DNA of 64,000 nucleotides from Eledone cirrhosa (lineage: Eukaryota). Positions 54,501-64,000 of this stretch are shown here, in pieces; the stretch's first letter is position 1, and every line of letters begins with the position of its first letter. Below the pieces are notes generated by a model that saw only the letters and a program-made list of their open reading frames with translations, was not told where the DNA came from and searched no databases. Location of the stretch: the NCBI GenBank assembly GCA_964016885.1, contig OZ024741.1:231880001-231944000 (forward strand), written 5' to 3'. The position numbers and the translations under genes are program-made.

Positions 54501-56650
54501 TGTCAGTGTATATCCTCTTGGTAACCGACCCTCTGAAGTCCCCAAAGTTTGTACTGTTCTATTTTGATATCAATGATGCTTATGTTTGTCGGGAGAGTTC
54601 TTGGTGTTGGTGGGGTGTAGTAGTTATTTTGTGTGATGTCTGTGTGCTGCTTTATATATTGTATGAGTTCTTTATTTGCCATGTTTATGGCTGTGTACTT
54701 TTGGGGGGAAGGGGTGATTGTGTTGCTGTTTTCTTCTTGTTGCTGTTTGGTGCGTGTGTTTTGTTTGTGTTGTTTGTGTTTTTGGTGATACAGGTTGTGG
54801 TGTGGTTGTTGTTGGCGATGGTGCTTGTGGTGGTGATGATGATGGTGGTGGTGTTGCTGCAAGTTTCCTTGCAGCTTTTACCCCTCTTTGTGTGTCTTCA
54901 CTTTTGGAGGGTGAAGCTAAGGGTTTTTTTTCTTTTTTTGCTTTTTTGTGGCAGACCATTTGCCACGTCACTCCCACCTCAAACTCCATGTCGGATTCCG
55001 TGGCGTTTGGGATGGGCATGTGCTCCAGAGCTGTTGATGGTGGTAGTGAAGCCCTCTCCGGCAATTTTGTTGCTGGTGCAGCACCTGCAAATGTAGCTGC
55101 TGGTGTTGCCGCCACTAATGCTGATGCTTTAGTTGTCCGTGGCCTTGGTACGGGTGCCACGGACGTTGCCCTGCTACTCACCGTGGAAGGGGCTTCTGCT
55201 TTTGTTGCCTGCCCTGCACTTTGTAGCAGCGGAACAGGTATTGGAAGGAGAGGGGCCTTCTTCTTCGCTATCTTCTGCGGGCAAAAGGCCCTGAGGTGAC
55301 CCTTTGAAAACATTTTGGCTGTCTTCCTTCTATGCTCATAGGTAGATGGAGTCCTTCCTCGATGTCTATGATATCGGGGATAGCATCGATACATTCCTGG
55401 TCAGTTTGTATAAGCATTTGCATGCCTATACCTGACCAGTTCTCTCTCCCTATTTTCTCTACTTGCAGCATGGTCGTCCTGTCCTCGATTCCAGCAAGGA
55501 CAGACGCGGCCAGCCAAGGTATGGGCACGTCGGGTGGGACCTAGATCACTTTGGCACTCACAATTTTCTGCCCGCAGTAGGAGGGCACCATGACTATCTC
55601 CTCACTCTTTAGGGTTTCCAAAGAGTGTGACTTCGCTTCTTGCTGGTTGGCGAAAAGTACCTCCACTGTGGCATACTTTCTGCCTCGGGTGATGTGGGTT
55701 TTGCGTGCCCAGACGCACTCCAAGACCTTTGGGATTTTAGCCTCCGTGGCTCTCTCCACGCGATGTGAGATATTGCTTACGTAGCTGCTGGTCCTTGAAA
55801 AAATCGGGTGGAGGTTTCACGGAGACTCTATTAGTGCTTCTTGTTACCATGGTCCTTGCGACTGCCATCTCCTCCTCTGTGACTAACACTGTTTCGATAT
55901 TTCGGGCCACACCTTCAAAAGAAGTGGTCCCTTTTTCAGCAGCACCACTATTTTTGCCGCTACCGGTCCTGCTGGTGGTGCTGAGATCGGTGTTACAGGT
56001 ATCGATGTCATTGTTGATGTTTTCGTTGGTAATGTTGTTGCTGTTGTTGTTTTCGTTTATACTGTTGCTGTTGTTACTGTTATTGTGGCTGTTGTTATTA
56101 TTGTCGTTTTTGTTGATACTCTTCTACTATTATTGTTGTTGTGGCTGTTGTTATTGTCATTGTTATTGTCGTTCTCGACCTTACCGTTGTTATTTTTTTG
56201 TTGCTGTTGTTATTGATGGTGTTGTTGTTGGTGTTATTGTTGGTGTTGTTTGTGTTACAAATATTTGGTAATTTTAAATCTGTAACAATATCATAAAAAA
56301 TGATATTGTTCCTCTTTTCCTTCGTAATATCTTCTTTTAAATTTACCTTCGCTGGAACGCCGTCTTGTTGATATGTTGACAAAGTCTCCCTCTCTCTGTG
56401 TTGTCTGACAGCGCTCTCTCTCTTTTTTGTCTTATCCACGTTGAAAGAAATTTATTTTTCAAATAATATTTTTACACAATACAACACCCCGTAAAGAGGT
56501 GCCGTATTATTTACGAGTGAACCCCTGTATTAGGTGGGTCACTTCTTCTAAACTTCTATCAAGTTTAAAACTTGAATAAAAGGTTTAGAACGGTTGAAAA
56601 CGAGGTATACTGTTAAACAAACTGGAGGCGATAAGAAGCGTGGCTTCACC
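51560..56650 (-). mobile_element. Near full-length Tx1 element (ORF1 + APE + RT), 3' end missing
   Basis: ORF1 (THITRGRKYATVEVLF, HLRAFCPQK). ORF2 MAVLRIGSINARGL, VAISETR, GDWN, TDH, FRPITLLNAEFKILAKVLATRL, KAFDRVDH, AYAYDVT and WAERKLSLKG. Confidence 0.9.
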
Positions 56651-56669
56651 TTCAATAATAATAATAATA

Positions 56670-56900
56670 ATAATTTCATTTATTGGCCACAAAAGCCGAC
56701 ATGTAGGGGACAATATAAATTCACTGACAGTGGGGGTTTAAAATAAGTTCGAGTAAAAGTGCACAATTGCAATACTAATTTAACAATGAAAATATGAAAA
56801 TATAAAATAAACTAGGCATAAATATAATAAAATAAATTCCCCAAGAGCTGGCTGAACAACCCAGGGGTGACTGATGTACCCCACCAATCCTGGACCACCC
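56670..56900 (-). mobile_element. Tx1 3'UTR fragment
   Basis: Homologous to 35040-35230 in reverse, with (TAA)n at its 3' side. Confidence 0.65.
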
Positions 56901-57049
56901 TGCGCTTCTAGGGCACCCGGAGAGAGCACACACATGAGCCCACACATATCCCAAAGCGTTTAGGAGTTGAGACTCGGATGCCCGCTCATCTAGGCGTGTC
57001 TTTATATTAATCGTGCTATATGATACAGTGCATTTGTTATCATTTGGGA

Positions 57050-57290
57050 CTGTCATGAGATCAAGGTCGTTCCGATTGTCATAGGAGCACTAGGTACTAT
57101 CTCAAAGAGTTTTCAAGGATGGTTAAACAACATTAGTCCATCTCTCTTTTGCGCAACATTTCAAAAGGCATGCTTGCTAAGAACAGCAAGAACACTCCGA
57201 TACGTCCTGAATATCTGAGGCTGCAGGTAGAGGCTTGATGTTCATTTGAACAAACTTTCCAGTTAAATAACATCAATGACTGAGACTCGA
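57050..57290 (+). mobile_element. R4/Dong 3' end
   Basis: IKVVPIVIGALG...LRYVLNI* followed by 3'UTR and (TAA)n. Confidence 0.8.
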
Positions 57291-57389
57291 ATAATAATAA
57301 TAATTGTTTCTACATTTGGCACAAGGCCAGCAATTACCCAGTACATTACTTGTACTGGTACCCAAAGAATAACAGTAATAATAATAATA

Positions 57390-60300
57390 TTTGTTTTATT
57401 TATTGGACGCAAGGCCCGACATATAGTGGACAATACAATAGACGGTGGGGGTTACACAAATATCGAGTGAAAAATAGGAAAACATGAACATTACAACAAT
57501 GAAAATTCTCCAATAGGAGGATAACCACCAATCATGAACGATAAGACGCTTCGATGGAACCCTCTCTGCTCCTCAAATTCACGAGCCTACAGGTGCATGA
57601 TCAGTCTAGGCCCAATCAAACGGAACATTCTCTCCACATTCACCCACCATCGAATTCGGGTGACTTGCGCCTCGTGCAGACGACAAGGGCATCATGAATT
57701 TCGGTTGAAGTTATTGGCCTTTCGCAGTGCTCAGTGTCACCCGTAGAGGGACCCGCCAAGCCGTTGAGGTAGGGTCTGAAGTCCGCTACCTTCTTTGACC
57801 TTACACATTTCCCCAACAACCGAGCCATGTGCCATCGAAAGGCCTCACACATCCACCGCGAATCGCTCAGCTCCTGACCGCCTCGGTCCGTTAGAGAACA
57901 AATTGTGGTTTTATTACCATGTTGCACTTCTGCCACGCGGGGCCATCGAACAGCTTATTCCCTCGTTTCTCAGAACATGCACCTTAGCTCTGACAATGTA
58001 ACCTTCTTGTTTCGCATCGAAGAAATTGTCTAATACCATTCTAAGCCCTATCGAAATTATTCTAATCTCTCTTTTGAGAGCCCCCACCATCTGTTGTTGA
58101 GACCACCCACCCTGTCATCCTTTGCTTAACTAAATGTTTGTCCCGGTCCCTCTAAGTTTTGCGTGCCAGAATCGACATGTTCAGCTTCCAGTAACCAGGT
58201 ACTAACGTATACGTCTTATCTAGGTCGACAATACAGATCACAAACTTGTTATCTTAATAGGCGACCGTTTTAAAACGTAGACAACCTACACTACTTCTTT
58301 ATATATTCCTAAAGAAAATACTTTCTATATACGATCTAGATAACCCAATGTGGTTGGTCCAGTTTTACACCTGCTGATTAGGTACTTGAGGCTTTTGCAC
58401 CCCACCCCTATTGGCTACTCCCACACAGTCCCAGCCTGCTTCTAAGAGGCCGTTACAATCCCAGCTAACATTAAAGGGTGATACGTACCCAGAAAGCTTT
58501 TCAGGTGATTGAAAAAGTCTGACATCCGGCCCCGGCAGGGGTGTAGACAGCCACCAGTCTAAAGGTGTCACCTTCTCTATTGTTCACATACAGAACCAAC
58601 AACTTTCCGCCTGAGTCTCGAGATGCAAGCCTTTCCTAAACAGCACTGCCATCCCACCTCACATTCGCGGCCGACTAACGGAATGCGAAAATCTTATAGT
58701 CGCTTAAAATTGAGGCTGCTGCATGCGTGTCGGAAATCCCTGTCTCGCTGATGGCAATTACATCCATTTCTAGAGACCTGGGGTCGTTGAGCAGGAGACC
58801 CTATTTACATGGAGACTCCAGGCCACGAACATTTAAACTTCCTACTCTTAATATGACCAGTTGGCAGGCTAAAAGAGGGAACAAAGGTTTACTTACCTCC
58901 CGGGCTCTTTTAAATATGCGGTGGTTCAACCTCTATGGTTGGTGGGGTTTCTTTTGAGAACCACTTTAAAAGCATCGATGTGGGTTTTATGTTAGGGGTT
59001 CCCACGTCCCGAAGAAAGCTGTCTCGAATTCCTTTGTAGGAATCGAGCGACATTGGCACCAGAAACAAATCTTCTGGCACGCTAAATGTGCTCGTTTAAA
59101 AATCTCCCCTCTGTTTGGATTTCTTTACTTGCTACGAGGGCCATTAATTCCATGTTGGCTGTTTTAATAAGCACAAAGTTTCGTATGTGTTGTTGGTGAG
59201 GTTTTATTCGTTTTCTTGACTGTGGTGGTGATGGTTTTTTTCGTGTTGTTTCAGTTGTGTCTGTGTTTGTTGTGAGTACGGTGTCTGTGGTTTCACACGT
59301 TTGTGTGTGTATTTGTTCTTGCGTCTGTTTAGGTTGTTTGCGTTTGGGGGATTCTGGTGGTGGTGATGGTGTTGGTGGTGTTGATGTTGATGTTGTTGGG
59401 AAGATGTTGCGTGGGTGATGTCTGCATTTTGTATTGTGGGTATTATTTTGCTTTGTGGAGTTGTTTTCTATGCGTGTTTTCTTTTTTGCTTTTTTGGGAA
59501 TTTGGATTCCCTTCATCTTCACTACTGGTAGATGAGGGTTCTATGGCTGTGTGTCTGTGTGTGTTTATGTTTTTATTCATGTATGTATTTTATTTCGGTG
59601 GTGGTGAAATTAGACAGCCTGCCTCGTCTCCGTCCTGGGTGGCCAATGCTGATATGGTCCAGAATTGCTTTTACATTCCCGGGCCTGATCTGGAGGAGTA
59701 TCTCCAGGTCAACCCCAGACCATTCTCCACTAGGAGTCTTTGTGACCTCTATCAGGACTGTGTCCGTCCCCTCCACAATCACACATCCCAGGAGCCACCA
59801 CATGTCAGGGCCTGGTGGGATCCTGAGAATGCAGAGTCGAGCTGTTAGTTCTCCTATGCTGGAGGGGTACATTATGACCTCGCTGATCATTGCATGTTTT
59901 ATAGCGAGGGCTGTAAATGGTCTATGGTGCCGTATTGTCTGCCCCTCGCTATGTATTCGGTGTCGCCCCCGATGCATGTCAGCGCGGCTTCAAATGCCGC
60001 CTGCGCAATTAAAGCCGTCCTCTTTATAATCTGCATCTATAATGCACATTTCTACGTTCTAGTGCTTCAATAGATTCTACCGAGACAGTTAAATTGGTCC
60101 AGGTTTGCTCTTGATGAGCATCCAGGCCTGGGCCAACGTTTCATCTTTATTCACTAGGTCAATGCTGGAGCATGGTCCCTCTTTGGCTGCTGGCGGAGTG
60201 AAAGTGTTCTTGTTGTTAGTAATGTTCTTATTCATGTTGGTGTTGTTGGTGTTTTCGTTGTTGATGTCGTTTGTGTTGTTGCCGTTGTCGTTGTTGCTGC

Positions 60301-60725
60301 TGTTATTGATGTTGTCATTTTTCTTCACATTTGTATTTTCACTGTTGTTGGTGTTGTTGTCGTTGGTGCTGTTGTTGTTGGTGTTGTCATTATTGTTTGT
60401 GTAGTTGTTGGTGGTGGTGCTGCCGTTGCCGATACTGCCTAATGTGCTGTTGGTGTTCATATTGTTGTGGGAGGGGCAGCATTATTCGCCTCAACGTTTA
60501 AACCGCTGTGAAGCTACAGCAGGCTCAACTTTCTTTTTCTCTTTTTTTTGTGGGGGGGGGGGTGCTGGCTCCACCAGGTTTTTTCCTTTCGAAAACACTT
60601 ATATTATGTTTTAAACAAACCTAAAATATTTGGGCGAAAAGGCCAAAATATTATAGTTTCCCCTTCAGAGGGCAAAGTCAGAGGGCTTATATCCCTCTTA
60701 CGACAACAACATTTTACAATAAATG
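57390..60725 (-). mobile_element. Internally deleted Tx1 element with 5'UTR
   Basis: 3' tail at ~57400, APE motifs and Asn-rich ORF1. The 5'UTR at 60570-60725 is homologous to 28960-29100. Confidence 0.8.
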
Positions 60726-60744
60726 ATTCATGACAGGTAAATAG

Positions 60745-61670
60745 ACTTGAGGGATCGAGCAAAACAACGTCTGATCACACCAATAACCACCAAGCAGATG
60801 AAAACTGCCTGCCCTTCTTCTTCCTTACAGGAGGACGACAGGGTGATCTGCACAATGGACTCAGTCGATAACCGGATCCGTCCTACACGTGCCAGCAAAT
60901 GTTCGACATAGATCCACAAGTTAGCAATGCTCGGACACTGAATGTGTGCGTGCAGGAGGGTTTTGTCGCCCTGTGCGCATCTCAGACAGGCTCGGCTGAC
61001 GGCACTTACGTGCCTGTAGAGCTTATCTCGAACCGGCAACGCTCCCCGGTAGCACTGCCAGGCCAGGGATTTCTGGAAGGTGTCCATAGGTCTAGGGCTG
61101 AAAGTTCTCATGAAGAGGGCGAACATCCGATCGTCTTCGACGCCCAGGGTCTTCCCTAGAACGTCGTCACTCTTCCCCTCCACTATTCCTCTATAGAACG
61201 CCGATGTGGATGTTCCACGGATACAAGTGCCCAGCTGGTAGAAGGCTGTGAGCGCTTGGAGACATTCCAGCTTCCAAGTGCTATTCGTCGGTATTTTCCT
61301 GATCCATGACTGCAGCTCCGTTAATGAGACAAACTGGAGAAAAAAAGTCTGTCAAACGGCTACCACACCTGTTCAGCGTCAAGAAAGCGCCAGAGATGTC
61401 GCAGCCTCAGCGATTGTTTGGGCATCATCAGCCACGGCATCCCCAGTCCACCACGCAACGGCGGCTGTCAGCAGACGGATCGTCTGACCATAGGAGCAGG
61501 TCCCTTCCATAAAAAGTGGAAGAGGAGTCGCTCCATATTTATCAAAATTGTGCCGGGCCAGGCCCAACGGTTAGGTGGTAGCAGATGATTGATGCGATGA
61601 ACGTATTCGCCAACTCTGCCCAACCTTTCAGGGACAGCTTCCTCTCGGATCATTTCTAAGTGAGAGGGGC
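60745..61670 (-). mobile_element. Tx1 RT C-terminal fragment
   Basis: AWQCYRGALPVRDKLYRH...CLRC...HAHIQC. Confidence 0.8.
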
Positions 61671-64000
61671 CACACAGGGCTCACATAAAGAAGTATTAAA
61701 GACGATAGAGCACAATACAGTGTGGGATTTTCTTTGTGTAAAATGAAATTTATATAAGAGATTAAGAAAATAAACATTTATAATAGACAGAAGAACTTCC
61801 CTAAAGTTGAGGCGACTCTAAGTGTAACTCGTTTAGAAATTGCGCAAAAGCCACGGTCACCCTGTCGACTAGGGCAACGAAGCGCCCTCCCAGTCTTCCT
61901 ACTCCATTCTACAGGCGTATGCTTAAGACAGGCCCATTTACACGGACCAAGCTCACCATTCTCACCCACCTTTCAACAAACTGGTCGGAAGGCAGCACTT
62001 CCTTCTCCACCCTGATTTTCCTCTTCAAGTGAAATATGAAAAAGTTAATCAGGTCTTCGACAAAGAAAAGGTGGCTGTCTTCAACCCTTTCAAATGCGTC
62101 CACCACATGACCTCTTTCGCCATGGTGACCAGGTAGATAAAGAACTGCCTGTCCTTCCCCTCTAAAGGAAGATGGCGGGCCGATCTTCACAATGGACTCA
62201 GTTGATAGTTGCATCCGTCTACACGTGACAGCATGTGCTCGACATAAACTCACAAGTCAACAATACTTGGAAACTTGACGAGTGCATGCAGAGCGGTTTC
62301 TTTGCCGGCGCGCTCCTCTGGCAGGCCCGATCAACGGGACTTTGATGCCTCTAGATTTTATACCGAATTAGCAAAGCTCCTCGGTAGTATTGTCAGACAA
62401 GGGATTTCTGGAAATTATCCAAGGGCCCTGATCCGAGAGTCCTCTGAAAGAGAGTAGATTGTTGATTTTAGTCAACGCCCAGCGTCTCCTCAAGGACGTC
62501 ATCGTTCTTACCCCCCATTAACCCTTAATAGAACGCTCAGGTGGAGTTTCCACCGATGTTTCTGCCCGATTTGCTGAGGGCTGTGATCGCTTGAAGACAT
62601 TTCAGTCTCTAAACGCTCCTTCTCGATCTTCGCTTGACACAAGATTGCAGCTCAATGAAGGAGATGAGCTGCGGAAAACTTGTCGACCACACTTGTTCAC
62701 CATCCAGGAAAAGTAGATGTCATGGCCTCAGTGCATATTTGCGTAACATCAGCCAGGGCATACCCAATCCTCACCGTAGCGGGTGTTGACAGCAGTTGGA
62801 CAGCCTGCCCGATGGAACATGGCCCCACCACAAAAAAACGAAAGATTAGACGCTCCAGTCCACATTGGCACATTTGGAAAATCATTTCGGTATCTCTCAG
62901 ACAGTTGAAAGTGTCTGAGCAGATTTTTGGGGCTTTTACATTCTCTTTCCCTCTCCGTTATTCCCACACAGTCACAACGTGTATCCAATATATCCTTTCA
63001 GTCTCCCACTTACACTAAAGAGCGGGACGTTCCTAGAAATGTATCAAGGCCTCTAAAGAAATCAAGCCACCCCGCCCTTGTCGGGCCATAGGCAGCCACT
63101 AGTATGAAAGCACAGCCTTCGCTGCTGGTCACGTCCAGCACCACTAACTAACCTTGTGGATCCCGGAAGATCGAGGCCTTTCCGAAATAGCAAAGCGGCC
63201 CCACCCTCGGATCCGCGATGGCTTTGAGTTGCGTTAACCACGTATTCGCCGAAGGTGGGTGCGAAATTTCGTGTTGGAAATTCTGGCCTCACTGTTGGCC
63301 ACCACATCTATGTTTAGTAACCTGAGATGGTTAAGCAGGTGATCCAGCTTCCAAGACAATCCTAGGCCACGTGTATTTTCACTACCTATTTTGAAAGATG
63401 CCATGTTGGATGAAAGAAAAATGGGAAAGGCCACTTCCCTTAATCTTTTTTTAAGAAAGGTGGCTGTTCCGCCCCTGCTCGGATGTGGCTCGTTTGCAAG
63501 TACGTCCCCATATATGCTTCTGGAAAGTGTCCTTCAGTATTTAAAAATTGCCTCAAGGTACATTTGTTTTTAAATGTGTACGCGTTTTTCATCTATGTTT
63601 ATAAAATTTAAGTGTTGATGTGGTGTTAGGTTATGTGATGTATTTCTGAAATGCTTTTATGTTGTATGTTGGTTGTTCATGTTTATTGCTGTATAGTACT
63701 GGTTCCATGTTTCTGTTGGATTTGGTTGTTCGGGATGTGTTTGTTGTTTGCGGTATCTGTTGTGGTGGGCACTGTGGGGGTTATGTGGTTTACTGGTGTT
63801 GATGGTGGTGGTGGTGGTGAAAGTGGTGATGTTGGTACTGGTGACCTTGTTGCATGTGTTGGTAATAGTTGTCTCAATGTTTTAGCTATTTGCCTTCTTT
63901 CCACATGCCGTTGTGTGTTCCAGTGATCCAGCCTTTAATGACATACTCTAGGTATCGAGATGCGATGCTATCGAAAGCTATCGGTTGATTTAAAATCCGC
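61670..64000 (-). mobile_element. Internally deleted Tx1 element (ORF1 end, APE, C-terminus)
   Basis: MASFKIGSENTRGL, VVANSEAR and FHLKRKIRVEKEVL. Confidence 0.75.

Noticed and set aside
60089-60460. Asn/Thr-rich or poly-Leu membrane-protein ORFs (also 29048-29858, 54452-56271)
   Set aside because: Low-complexity (AAC)-rich Tx1 ORF1 regions and their antisense shadows.

Overview
Eukaryotic, AT-rich, repeat-saturated DNA, most likely a cephalopod (inferred from the tRNA-derived SINE and the TE families). Most of the window is decayed transposons: Tx1-clade and R4/Dong non-LTR elements nested in (TAA/ATT)n tracts, RTE and CR1 fragments, a GIY-YIG Penelope-like element (PLE), a full-length IR/DR Tc1 (DD34E), a maT-like remnant, a Helitron fragment and many SINE copies. 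Three phase-compatible exons (13734, 22217, 37591, + strand) appear to form the 5' part of a host gene encoding signal peptide, small Cys module and EGF-like module. The most striking signal is a set of short, apparently unrelated non-coding elements sitting in (TA)n microsatellites. They are more-than-one-unit, circularly permuted tandem copies (units 540, 466, 655 and 1000 bp) and/or head-to-head fold-backs. Several carry type I hammerhead ribozymes, with a perfect core at 19003-19047 and its mirror at 18413-18457, and an extended-stem-II form at 40535-40612. Their geometry matches the neighbouring PLE, suggesting PLE-mobilised, circular-RNA-templated retrozymes. All calls were read by eye and TE boundaries are approximate.
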